A DNA stretch of 64,000 bases from Sphaerodactylus townsendi. Taxonomy: Eukaryota. Positions within the stretch are counted from its first letter, which is position 1; the number at the start of each line of letters is the position of its first letter. The position numbers and the translations under genes are program-made. The notes under the pieces are model-generated. The model was not told where the DNA came from and made no database searches. It worked only from the letters and a program-made list of their open reading frames with translations. The stretch lies in NCBI RefSeq assembly GCF_021028975.2, contig NC_059429.1, forward strand, positions 98,890,001-98,954,000, in the 5' to 3' direction. Shown here one piece after another: positions 36,990 through 49,521 of this stretch.

Positions 36990-37183
36990 GAGTGTTCCTG
37001 GGGCTGGGGCTGAGTGGTGTGATCCCCACCATGCATTTCACCATTGCAGAAGGCTTTGTAAAAGCCACCACTGTGGGCCAGATGGGCTGGTTTTTCCTTA
37101 TGGCCGTAATGTACATAACAGGAGCCGGGCTGTATGCTGCCCGAATTCCAGAGCGCTTCTTTCCTGGCAAGTTTGACATCTGG
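36990..37183 (+). CDS. ADIPOR1: ADIPOR1 coding exon 6
   Basis: 194 nt; GVFLGLGLSGVIP...ARIPERFFPGKFDIW. Confidence 0.98.
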
Positions 37184-38420
37184 GTAAGTGTGAACTTTGC
37201 TAGGGACCATTGCCGGCTGTGGCTTTTTCTGACAGTGCTTTAACAATGCCCAGTATCTCTAGGTTGTAGCTTTAGGTCTCCGACAATGGAGGCAACATCA
37301 GGTATCCAAGAGTGTTGGCAGCAGCAGTTTTCAGTATTTGGACTGATGAAGTTGCTCTGTGTTGTTACGGATCCCTTTTTACAATTGTTTTACTGGCTGC
37401 AGAATCTATTTTTGGTGAATGCAGTGTGCCAGTTTTGTGTGGGTTCCACAAAATATGTGTGATACGTGTGGGCTCCACAAAAATTGTGTTCGGATCCTAT
37501 GAGTGGCTTCCCATAATGTATTTTCTGCTCTGCACACCTTGCTGAATGGCTGTTCTGTTTATGTTGACCACAGCTAGTGGAAGCTTTTGCAGCAGATCTG
37601 GAGACTTCTTTCCCTAGTCTTTCAGTGAGGGTATTAAAAAGAACAAAGTCTAATTTAATGTTACAGACATCTACTTTGTGCCTGTTCTGTGTCACAGTGA
37701 AAGGCTTTGCTTCTACAGATTTTGTTGGTGAAAAAGCCCCCTCCCCTGAAAGATGCAGCTCCATCTGGGCATACTCAAGGGTGAGGAGTTGTGCCTTTCA
37801 GTTCAGTTCTTCCAGACCAGGTGCTCTGCAGCAAGTTAAAGTGCCTGTTATGGGGACACTGGACAGGTGCTATGACTGCACAGATGACTCAGAAGGAGTG
37901 CAGACATGAAAACTATACTTACTACTTTGTGGTTTCTGTGCTTCACACTAATGGTATTAACTAGCAAGCTGATCAGAAGTTGCATGTAAGAGAAGAGAGC
38001 GCCGAATACTGCCATTCTGAAAGGGTGTCTGTCCATGAGGGGTGTAGTGCCTCATGAGGGTGGATGATTATTCTACTGTGGGCTACTGTATGCTGGTGTT
38101 AAAGTCAACATATTTCCACTGTGGTAATAGAAATGGTCATTCCTTTAGCCTTTATTAAGTTTAGTATATACAAGAATACACAAAAACGTTTTGCTTTTGG
38201 ATTGGAAGTTAGAACCAACTGGTTAGTCCCAGGTAAACGTCTCTCGGTGAATTAATTCCCATGAGATCATGCAGAAGATCTCTTATCAGCTGTATGAAAA
38301 TGATTTAAGATTTTAACTTGGACTCTTCAAGGAAGGCATTGCATTTGGCATGGCCAACCTTGCTAGAATCATCGCAAATGTGCCTGTTTAGTCTTTAACA
38401 CTTCTTTTGCATTTCCACAG

Positions 38421-38549
38421 TTCCAGTCCCACCAGATCTTTCACGTGCTGGTGGTGGCCGCAGCCTTCGTCCATTTCTATGGAGTCTCCAATTTGCAGGA
38501 ATTCCGTTATGGACTTGAAGGAGGATGTACTGATGACTCTCTTCTCTGA
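38421..38549 (+). CDS. ADIPOR1: ADIPOR1 last coding exon
   Basis: 129 nt; FQSHQIFHVLVVAAAFVH...EGGCTDDSLL-stop; HxxxH zinc motif. The exons sum to 1128 nt = 375 aa plus stop. Confidence 0.98.
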   Translation, partial: FQSHQIFHVLVVAAAFVHFYGVSNLQEFRYGLEGGCTDDSLL

Positions 38550-39223
38550 GGACTTTAGAGGACTTTGGTACAAGCTTCCCAAGTGCTTTTAAAATAACTT
38601 CTTTGCTAAAATCAAAAGAAGACTGAACCTTTTTTTAAAAAAAAAATTGGTGGTGTTGGCAACGGCCATTCCTGGCTTTCCTTTTCTCAGGAAGATGGGT
38701 TGGGGTGGGGGGTGTGGTTTGCCAACAGTGTCCACTGGGTGGAAGTGCCTCCAGCAGCAAGCCCCTTCTTGACAAGTGAGTTGACCACTCACAGGAATAA
38801 CACTGGTGGTTTTCTGGACACTAGACAAATTCTGGCACCTGGCAAAAAGGAAAGGGGCTTGTTACCTGCTCTTTGATGCTGCACACATACCCCATGCTTG
38901 AAGAAACTCTATATGGTCGTTACCCATCAGATACCCATTTCTCCTTTGGATCTGTAAGAGATGAGTTGCACTTGCGTGGCAGGGCACTGGCGGCTCATAG
39001 CAGGAGAGCTCAGAGGAGGACGCATAGGGCCATTTAACTAGAGAATCGTCTCTGACTTGACAAAGTAATGTATGCCTGAAAAGAGAGTATTTAATATTTA
39101 ATAAGCTTTAAAAAAAGTTGCTATCCCTCCAGCATATTGTTACTGGAGAGCTATTCATGGTATTACAAGTGGGGCGTTTAGAGGATTGTAGAGCTGCTGT
39201 TGCTTTTATGCCACGGTGACTGA

Positions 39224-39229
39224 AATAAA
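39224..39229 (+). terminator. ADIPOR1: Candidate proximal poly(A) signal of ADIPOR1
   Basis: AATAAA about 675 nt after the stop, followed by a T/GT-rich tract. Confidence 0.5.
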
Positions 39230-42080
39230 TGGTCTGTAGCTTTTAATGTCGGGCATTTCAGGAGTTCAGCTCAAATGCCTGCAGATAATTTTTCTCCCCT
39301 GGAGGGACTGAATGGGTTTTCTTCCCTTGAGCCCTACAGAGTATCCTGTGGGATCTACAGGCTTGGAACTTGGGAATGTTTTATGCTTCTATATTGTTGG
39401 CCCTGAAATCATCTGGACAGAAGTATGTTGCTAGTGTCCATGTTCGCTACAGCCTTTCAGCCTAGTGGTTCCCCCTTCCACTCACCCACTGACCCACACA
39501 AAAACAGCAGCCTCCTTCACAGCAGTCTCTTACTACATTTGAAGCTCCTGATTTTGAAAAGCATTTTGTGCTTTCAGATAGGAGTGGCTTCTGGAAGATA
39601 GAGGGAAAATAGGAGAAAAGAAAATCCAGCTGCACAGATTAAATTGGTTGCAGTTCTCAGCATTCTGGCCGTATTGAGAAGCATAAGGGCGTGTGGCAGA
39701 ACAACAACGGTATGCCCTTCTTCTCTCTACCTCCTAGATATCTTTACTAGACTAATCCTGGCAGGACAGCCTTCTGTACTTATGTGCCTGGGATATGTTT
39801 TGTTTAAGACTTTTCAAAGGAGTGGATTTGTTTTGGTATTTTAGAAACATTGCGCTTAAGCTTCGCATCCCCCCTTTAAGGAGGTTGTCTGTCTGCTGTG
39901 GAGTAGCTTCCTGTTGCTGGAAGCTAAGAAAGCGGAGTTTCTAATCCACTTCCCCATTAGAATGTTATTAACATGTGCAAACTAATGGGAAGAGAGGTTA
40001 TTTGCCTTTTGCCAGCAAAAGAGGTGAGCTAGACCTGTTTTTCCAGCTGATGACCTTTGGTGAAACTTCCTCTTTGTAAGAAGCTCTCCCACCTCCTTAC
40101 CCCTTTCTGCTTGCTGTTAGACTGTAGGCGAGAGTAGATGCTGCTAGTTAGATGACCTTGTGCTGTTTTTGTTCCAGTTGCACTTGGAGAGGAACATTTG
40201 GTGGGCCAGTTGGAAGTTGGTCCTGCTGGTGGCCTCTGCCAGCGTCCAGTTTCTCACTACATGAGCTACTCAGAACTTCATATCACATTGTACAAAGGAG
40301 TTCATACGTGCTTGGCTTTGTAGCTTTAGATTAAATTGAGTGCTCCCTGGTGAAACCAGGTCTAAAATATGGTTAGTTAGAACTAACACATGTACACATA
40401 CAATTAGTCCAAAACATGCTGAACATCCATTCCTGTTCTATTTTGGCCTCAGCTTAAGTATGTTAGGGGGTGGGAACAGAGATTAAGCTGTGTTCGAGTC
40501 TAGATGAAGTTGGTCTAAACCACTTCCAAGGATTTAATGTTATGTTGGGGGCTGGTGTGCACCCCATCCTAGCCTCCTAAAAGTAGGAACAGCTCCTTTA
40601 ATTTGTCTGAACGAATCTGCACTTCTGTTTTAGTGACCTCCTTTTTTAAGAGTGAATGTCAAGTGAATGTCATAAACACCCAGACTTGCCAACACTCGGT
40701 GGTTGGACAGGGCAACCTGGTGCCATGTGGAGTTCTGCACAGAGGTGATTTCCCCAGATTTTCCCTTGGGATGTGAAAGTAGTCCTCTTCATTATTTGCA
40801 GCTGCCAAATGGGCCAAGCAACTAAAGTGTATCACTTGAAGGCCCATTTCTGTATGGAAAGAAAATCGCTAACCCTCCAGATCCATTAATTGTTGTTCAG
40901 AGAGGAAAGCTGGTGAGAAACCTCCCAGAGTATGCCTGGTTTTCGTGTTTATTTCTCCTAAGATATTCATTGAGGAGCAAAATACCCAGCCCGGTCATCA
41001 AGCTGTTGGGAAATTAGAGGTATAACGCTTAAGGACGGGACTTGAACTTGTCCCTGGCAAGCAGTGGTTTTCTAAGAGCGCTGATATTTTTCTCTCTGGT
41101 TGCAAAAAAAGCATGTGGCATGCTATGTTTTAGAGATTCTGCCCCATACCCTCACCTTCATCCCAGCCACCCCAATGAAAGCTGAACAGAACAGACTGGT
41201 GCAATCTACCTCAAGCATACTAAACCCATATCAGTTGTTACTCCTTCACCAAAAGCTTTATAACTGAGACAATGCAATTGTGTTGCAGAATAATCTCCTG
41301 CAAATAATAGCTGCATTTTAGCTAGAACAGTCTTGTTCTTTCTGAAGAGCTCTGCAAGTTTAACTGTGCCAGAACAAGCTCATGGACTGTTTGGGTTTTT
41401 TTAAACATCTGAGATGAGCTGACTCCCCAGCGATTAAATGGGAACTTGTTGAACTTTGGTACTTTCTGTTCAGTGGAAAGTAGAAGAAATTACCCTGTGC
41501 TTAGTGCCATGAACCCCATGCTGCAGGCCCTATGGCCACTGCTCACCGAAAAACTGCTGTCAGACGGGTACAAGATTAGCATATCTTGGGATAAAAACAT
41601 GTGTTCCTTTGGCGCCCCAAGGGAATCCCTTAATTTCAGCCATTAGGAGGGTATTGGAGCTGTTCCTTTATTTGCCTTATTTTTTCATTTTCCTAAGTAG
41701 TTTTTGTAGCCACATAGAGTGCACATGGATAATTTTTCTGTACTTTTTCAGAAACATTGAAACTCTTACTAGGAAGGTTTGTGTAAGATTAATTGCTACA
41801 GCTGTGTTCTAGAACTCTTAGGGAAGGGATGGAGAAAGTAACTGTCAAAGAGCTGGTTACAGGAGAGGCAACTAACCTTGCTCTCAAAAAAGAGCATGAG
41901 TGCAGTGAACGGGAAGGTTAAGAATACAGTCGTCTACAATGAGTTCAAGAATCTTCACCATTTAAGGAGGAGTTTGACATCTTTGAGAGTTTTTTTGTAG
42001 ATTTCATTTTAACTGAAGAGAAATGTCAAGTCGCCTAAATGGTGTGGATTAGAAAGGGTTGGGGGTAAGAAATAGTTTTG

Positions 42081-42149
42081 CATTTCCTGCATTTCAGGGG
42101 GTTGAACTTGACGGCCCTTGGGGTCTCTTCCAACTCTGATTTCATGATT
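42081..42149 (+). mobile_element. CR1 3' terminal fragment
   Basis: GGGGGTTGAACTTGACGGCCCTTGGGGTCTCTTCCAACTCTGATT. Confidence 0.8.
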
Positions 42150-42296
42150 TTTTAGTACACCCAAGCAATCTTGAGAACATATGGCTTGTTCTAACTGCAG
42201 GAAATAGTAATGACAGACAGCTGTTTAGCTTAGCAAATTGAACATGAGAAAGTATGCTAAGGAAAACAGTGCGAAAGAGGCATTTTTGTAACCCAT

Positions 42297-42331
42297 AATA
42301 AAAGTGTCCTGCTGAAGTAACAAGTTTTATT
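42297..42331. terminator. Convergent pair of candidate poly(A) signals (ADIPOR1 distal on +, TIMM17A distal on -)
   Basis: AATAAA at 42297-42302 (+) and TTTATT at 42326-42331 (AATAAA on -). Confidence 0.45.
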
Positions 42332-44100
42332 GCACAAAACCTTTGTAGCTGCTATGAGGTAGGTGTTTGTATTAACAAGTACAGGTGCGAAATGGAACTG
42401 AACAAACTATTTGAGAGTAAATGGAAGTATTACATACATTAACTATGTGGCTCAAATGTCCTGACCTCTCTAAAAATTCAGGCAACTAATGAAGGTAACG
42501 AAAAAAAATCTTAACATTTTCATCACTGGAGAGATTTATTAACATAGAATTACTGCTCAATGACTCCATTATAATTGGAATAATGCTAGACATTTATTGC
42601 TTAGATGTAAATATTCAAATAAGAGAAACAGCAGATTTTGCATTGGGGGGTATATAGAGAACAATTTTTTGTTCAGCTTGATAACTAGGGGTTCTTAAGA
42701 GATGTTCAGATTTTGAGCAATAAACATTTTAAATTAGTAGATGTTGCTGTCTATAACAATTCCAAAGACTTGTCAGCTAGGAAAGGTCTTGTAAAATAAT
42801 ACTTCAGCCGCAAGTGTATTTTACAGAGGTAAATATAGCAGCTATTGACTTGTCTGGCAAGGATAATCGAATATCTTTAATGCAGCTATATGTCAAGATT
42901 ACAAATGTTTCCATACATCCACACCCAACCCCTTTCCCTTGTTCATCTTGCTTATGTACCTTGACTTATGCAGGTTGTAGAATTATACTGTAGTAGCTAT
43001 TTGCAGTAATTAAAGGTGCATACAGAGACCAAGGAATGTACCAAAACAAGGGCCAGTATGTTAACGCTCAACAGGCTGCATAAAACAGATTTTCTACAAT
43101 GGAAAGCAGATCATAGTTTCCATGTATATATAACTAGGTGGCATGGAGAAGAATTCTAACTTAGCCTTGTCCCTGACATCTAGTTCTCTCTCATGATAGG
43201 TATAGTGCGCATTCAATCATAGGAATTCCCACCTGCAATCCAAAGCAACAGAGTACAGTTACAGGGTTTTTTAAAGGAAGTGTATATGGAAGAGGCAGCA
43301 CACAACAATGTCAGAATCAATCAATGAACTATTAAAACATTTAGAAAAGTAGGGACCAGGAAAACTTGTAAGGGGATGGTACATCTGTGCTTAAGCAAAG
43401 CTCAAATTAGAAAAATAATCAGTGTGCTATGTTGTACAATACAAAGACAGCTGAATTAGCAGCAGTAATTAATTTTATTCCACTGTGCATATTTACAAGC
43501 ATACTTTTTTGCAAGACAGTGATTTTTTGAGCAATTGGGATCATTACCTATCTGACTGAGAACACCATGACAGCAATATTACCTCTGAAACTGTCACTGA
43601 TTTTGCTAAATCTTCCCAGGCAAGTAGGAAAGAATATTTTCTTGCCTTGAAGTGTGACCTGGCTGTCATTAGAAAGAGACAGATTCATAGTTTACCTAGA
43701 AAGTCCACTGAAAAACAGCACGATATTCGGAACAATGGTTTAAATGGTTTAAAAGCAGTCAATTGAAAACCTGGGAGACTGATTGAATTGAATACTTTGT
43801 GTGCAACTTACATTATTTGGGTGGAAATCAAAGCTTAGTTTCACAGCCTAAGACAATTTCAGAGAAAGTCACTTTACAATGCAAGATACTATGTTATGCT
43901 ATGAAGTGTTCTGTAATATTTCAATGGACTTCCCACAGCATCTCCAATAAGAAGTCCTTCATTCCAACAGCCTGATATAAAACAAAAAGCAGCCCACCTC
44001 AGTTGTTGTGATTTATTTAGTCCATCTACATGCTTCTTTTCTGCCTTCTTATCGAGGCACCCACTGTTAATTTCTTGCTGCCTTCAGACATCTGGTTCAA

Positions 44101-44186
44101 TAGTGCTTTGACTGTGTGTTCCTGCATTGCTGGGGGTTGGACTTGATGGCCCTTGGGGTCTCTTCCAACTCTATAATTCTATGAAT
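44101..44186 (+). mobile_element. CR1 3' terminal fragment, antisense within the probable TIMM17A 3' UTR
   Basis: GGGTTGGACTTGATGGCCCTTGGGGTCTCTTCCAACTCTATAATTCTATG. Confidence 0.85.
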
Positions 44187-44489
44187 ATGGTATTGCCTTA
44201 AAGTCAGTGACAACAGTGTGGTCAGTGCCATACTATAAAGGCCACAAGATCAGTTCTTTCTGCAACTGTAACCAAGATGTTATACAATACGCTTGTTAGT
44301 CTTCTTGTCACACAGGACATAACTAAAGGAGCTATACTGGATCTCCTGTGTCCATGTTACAATAATAGATGCCTTCTGTTTCTGGATGTTGTGAAAAGTG
44401 CTTGCATGAAAATCTGGGTGTGTACAATTGATGAAAAGTCTTCAGCTTATGTTTGTTCTTTTAAGAGTGGAAATTTGGAATACAAGAAA

Positions 44490-44560
44490 TCACTGATATT
44501 GCCGGTAGTCTCCAAAAGGAGAGGGCTGCAACTGAGAGGGGTCTTCTGAAAATGGAGGGC
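44490..44560 (-). CDS. TIMM17A: TIMM17A last coding exon (6)
   Basis: 71 nt; GPPFSEDPSQLQPSPFGDYRQYQ-stop, a TIMM17A-type C-terminus. The exons sum to 501 nt = 166 aa plus stop. Confidence 0.96.
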
Positions 44561-46304
44561 CTGAAAATTAAGAGACATTTAACAATTCAGTATGCTGCAG
44601 CATAACATAATTGGATATATTTTCCACTGGACCAATTCAATCATACCCAGGCTTATTTCTTCATAAGTACTGATTTAAAAAAGAGCTCAAAGACAGAGTT
44701 TACTAATCTTGTTTGGATAGTGTGGAAGCCATATAAAGCAGTTGACCAATCTCTGGATTAACCTGAGGCTCTAGAGCCCATTTATCTATTTTATGGGTGT
44801 TTCTTGTTATATGGTTTCATCTATTTACAACAGGCTGATTACATCAGTTAGCTCTCACCTGTGCCATTACTGACTTTATCTCCAAATGGTTTTGACATGA
44901 ATGATCCAAGCAAAACTAACCACTTTTAAATCTGATTGTTCTCCATTAGGGAAAACATTTCATTCTTCCATATTGAAAACTTGATTGCCAACAGTAAAAT
45001 CCAGTTGAAGTTAATCCACTTCGAAGTACTTAACTCAGAGACTAGAATACTATTCCAGAAGGAATACTATTCCTCTTTACAAGAAAGGGGTCTCTTTTTT
45101 TCTTTTGCTGCTTCTACATCAAATAGTAACCAACAATTTTTAGAGGCACAATTCATTTTCATATTCAATAAAGTTTTCTTTTAAAATGCATTTGAATGGC
45201 CCACTTCTGTGTTTTATAGGAGAATCACTGTCCTGGTGAGTACACCTCTCTACGTGCCCTTTGCACTGGAAGCGACTGATCTGGGCACACCAAATGCAGT
45301 TATGGTTAAAATGATTAGGAGAAGACAAAGACAAATTAGTAAATTCATACAAAGAGGTAGCAGGCAGCCCTTTTGTGTGTAGATAAAATTTCGATTTATA
45401 GCAACCTTTAATTTTTCATGTTGTACTAGCATCTCTTGCAGCATCCTAGATACTTGTCCCACATACAACTTGGAAATTGCAATCACAGAAGTCAGCAAAG
45501 TTAGTCAGATTTAGGGACCTGTCATTAAGAGCCCAGATTAAGATTATTAAAAATCTGCACACATTTTACTGTCTGGTGGGCATTCCTCTCTCCCACTAGT
45601 CCCGTACAAGCCTGAATAGTTGATACCTAAAGTTGTGGGATACACAGGAACCAACCACCACATGGGTTAGAGGCCTGAGGGGAAAGAGAATGAAGTAACC
45701 ATCTTCTGTCAGCACAGATCTGTTGAACGGCAATAAGGAGGACTTTTTGTCTCTTTACTCCTCAGCACAGGTCCTCACCCCCCTTCCCCCAGGATTGGAT
45801 GGAATTGCTAGGGAGTAAGGAAAGTGTGAAGGATCTGCAACCATCAGCAATCTCTGAACAGATCACTGTATTTAACCCATGGACTCCCAAAGTAATCATG
45901 TACACATGAATCATTTGTAACTACCCACTAAACAGGCACAGATGAAAATTCAATATAGAATGCGTTAATTTTAATTAGCAGTATGAGAGCAGCCAAGTAT
46001 TTAACCATTACTAAACTTTTAAAGCAGCATTCTTAATATGTAACGTTGCCAGATTCTTCAACAAGAACTTGGGATAGAAGTTGCAGGATTTAGAAAATAG
46101 TTGCAGTGGAACATGAGCTTAAAGTTAATTAAGTTTTAGGCCTCTACATCTATTGGAACAGTTGCATCTCGTCTTCTTGTTGTCTTGGTTTTCTTTTAAA
46201 AAACACCCTGTATTTTTACAATAGCCTCTGCTTAGGGATGGCCAATGGTTAATACATCAATGAAACAGCATTATGCTGTACCTGAACTATAGCAGATATC
46301 TTAC

Positions 46305-46415
46305 CATTTGGAAATTGTGCAGACGCGAACCTTGTTAATAAGATACCTGCTCCTTCAATTAAAGCTAGAAGAATTCCTCCCATAGCAGCAGACCCAACCA
46401 TGGCCACTGGTCCAT
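46305..46415 (-). CDS. TIMM17A: TIMM17A exon 5
   Basis: 111 nt; [37 protein letters not shown]. Confidence 0.98.
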
Positions 46416-46816
46416 CTAAAAGAGGAAGCATAGGGAAAAGGTGGGTTTTTAAAAAATGTTTATAATGATGGAGCATATGCTGTCTTACATGCTGCTAACA
46501 AGGTTATCGGGGTTGGAAATTTTAAACAATTCAATGTTGCACATCTTGAGGGGAAAGGTGTAGGAGCTGGAAGGCTCATATCTACAACAGGCTGTATGTT
46601 TCCTTTCAGTGCTAAGATAATAAGAATTCCACTTTCATAAGGGTGCCACAAAACTGCTATATTCTTAACATTATAAACTCATGCCAAAACACTGGAAAAG
46701 GACATGTGGACAAGGGTATGGGACTATTACACATTTCAACATCTTTTGACAGACACGATGGTTTTTCATGAGTAGTCACACTACATTGAGTATTCATACT
46801 ACCCCACCAGCCTTAC

Positions 46817-46945
46817 TTCTTGCAGCTAATATGGCTCCTGTTAAGGCACCACTGGTGATGGAATTCCAAGGATCTTCTTTTCCTCTTGCTTTCACCATAC
46901 TGCAATCAATCATGGAAAAAAGACCACCCCAGATAGCAAAGCTAC
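46817..46945 (-). CDS. TIMM17A: TIMM17A exon 4
   Basis: 129 nt; [43 protein letters not shown]. Confidence 0.98.
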
Positions 46946-47952
46946 CTGTATGAGGAAAGAAATTTATTTATACATCAAAACCATTTAAAACAGCTCTACA
47001 GTCATTTCCTTATTCATATTCTTAGGACTATAAACTTTCGTTTTCAGAACATTCTTTTGAAAAAAAAAAGTCACCCTGTGCTTTATGGTGTAACAGGCTG
47101 TGGTTCAGTGTCAGAACGTGTACTTGGCATGTGGGTCTCAGGTTCAACCCCTGTGATCTTCTGTTAAAAGGATGAGGTTGTAGAAAAGCATTTATGCTTG
47201 TACATTTGAATTCTTTGCCATCCGCAATATTAAGGTTTAATGTTATTCTATACTCTTAACAGACTTGTGAATGTGGTAATAACACAGTTGACAAAGCATA
47301 CTTTTTTGGATAGTTCTGAATTTTCAGATATGAGAACCGAATTGATTTTCCTTTGTTTAAGCAGACCTCTATCTCTGTTGCTAAGTCTTCTTGGCTACGA
47401 AGAGATAACAATGAACAAGTAACTTGCCCATGGCTACAACTTTTGCCAGTTGTAGAACAATCATGTAACTCAGGTAGCAAATTTTAGGCTCTCCTTTAGT
47501 GTGTTAATGTCTCATCTATATTTTTGTTGCAAAAACAGCCATTAAGAATAACAATAAAGATGAGGTAGTTGGTGATGTGGAAGATGACCTCTGCCTGAGA
47601 CCTTGGAGAGCTGTTGCCAGTCTGAGTAGACAGTACTGACTGTGATGGCATGATTCAGCCTAAGGCAGCTTCATGCATGTACATCCCCCAAAATGGCATG
47701 ATGCAACAGCATTCAGAGATGAAAACTGATACCGGACATAAGTGAATATGTTTACAATTGAGTAAAGAATATAAAAAATAGAATACTGTTCATTAGGGGC
47801 CACTTCTTCAAGTGCTCTAGGAACAGAAATATATACCAGGTCATTACACAATAACATTGCACACTGTAAGTAATCTAAGATGTTATGATAACATCTTTCA
47901 GTTTTCCTTTAAATCCCAGTAGTAATCTATAATAAACAAGTAGCACAATTAC

Positions 47953-48016
47953 CTCCCAACTGTGGTGCTCTGGTTTTAACTGCTGTCAAACTACCCCACA
48001 GTCGATAATTTACACC
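47953..48016 (-). CDS. TIMM17A: TIMM17A exon 3
   Basis: 64 nt; GVNYRLWGSLTAVKTRAPQLG; AG/GT boundaries. Confidence 0.96.
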
Positions 48017-49010
48017 CTGCAACAAATGAAAGCATAATTGAAGCAACAAAAAGAAAATCAGTCTTAACATTTTGTTTTATCTTCAGCAGAGGCACTTGGT
48101 TTTAACCCTGAGATCTCTCAAATTTTGGGGACCAAGATGATTCACTCCTAACCATTTTGATTTGCCAGGTCTGTAGACAGAAGTGGCAAATAAATTAATC
48201 ATAAGTGTTGAGCAACTCAATTTTGCCAAGCCTTTTCTCCCCTGGACTCATGTAGTTTAACCCTCCTGACATACATCTATTCACCATGAGCGTCCCACTT
48301 GCTGGGGGGTGGGGCACAGAACTTTGGAAGTTTTTACATTGTTTGCTCCTAACACATACACAATTTGCACAGAGGATGATAATAATACAAAATGATTACA
48401 ATAGAAATGTTTCAGAATGGGGAAAAGGGGTACATTGTACTTCCCCTCATCTTTCAGCAGCCATTTGCATTTAATTGTTTTGCAAATTTTTACTTGTACA
48501 ATAAGAATTTAAAGAAAAATAGTTTATTACCTGTACAAAAGTTATTGATTGGCTGGATCCACAAGTGCTGTTCTGCTGGCATTAGTGTACATATGCTAGG
48601 GAACAGCAATTCCACTTGGTGAGTGGAAGCCCGTTTCCTTCTCCCCATGCTCTTCATAAGCGTACCCAGAATTCCAGGAACAGAATTACATGGGCTCAGT
48701 AAGTGCATGGGAGGAGACAGGTAAATCCCATTTTTGTGAGCCTTGCTCAACTCATGTTACTCGTGTTTCTTGAGCAACCAACCCATTGCTGTTGTACTGA
48801 AATTAGAAAGCACCAGCTCTCCAAGGAAGTTCTTCCACACTTAAATTCTTCGGCATGTTGAAGAAGCAAGACCTTGATATAGCTGTTAGAAATGCCTGCA
48901 TTAGGAGACCTGTATGACTGTTTATTACCCTTTAATTTCATCCCACTGCCGAGAGCCACTGATGACAATATAACTAGAACTCTTATCCACAAGAAATTCT
49001 TTTCACTCAC

Positions 49011-49110
49011 CACTGGGGAATTTCTGAACCCTTTGATGGCTTGAAAGATCCCACCACCAATGGCTCCCATTGTGAAAGCACCTCCACAGTCATCCACTAT
49101 TCTCCAGGGA
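49011..49110 (-). CDS. TIMM17A: TIMM17A exon 2
   Basis: 100 nt; [34 protein letters not shown]. Confidence 0.98.
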
Positions 49111-49521
49111 CTAAGTGAAAGAGCACACATGTTACCCTGCCATGCAGTTATCACACCACTGCAAATAAACAGTTCACATTCGATCTCAACCTTTCCTTTG
49201 TACTCTTTCTCAAAAATGCAAGGCCACTCTCTCCCTTTAAATATACTCCCAGATTATCTCCCATATTCCGGACAAAATAGTTCTTGGCAGGGGCGGACTG
49301 AGAACTGAATATGGCCTTGAAGCCCTGTGGGCTAGCAGTACAAACAATGAGTATTAGCACACCTAATGCGCCCTCCCAAAAAATTATTTGTGCCAAATGA
49401 CAGTTACATTCATTGCCAATGAAGGGTCTGAGTCAAATGGCCCACTGAGAAATTTCCCTTAAGTTAATAATGCCAGCCAACCCCGATTCTTGACTACAAC
49501 TGCTGACTCTCCAAAGTTTTC

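Noticed and set aside
38547-38555. Stop-codon readthrough at the ADIPOR1 TGA
   Set aside because: The context TGA-GGAC lacks the CUAG readthrough motif.
45220-45235. Plus-strand 16-nt micro-exon-like pattern (ttttatAG...GTGAGT) in TIMM17A intron 5
   Set aside because: Antisense to the host gene, not a multiple of 3, and has no partner exons; plausible by chance.
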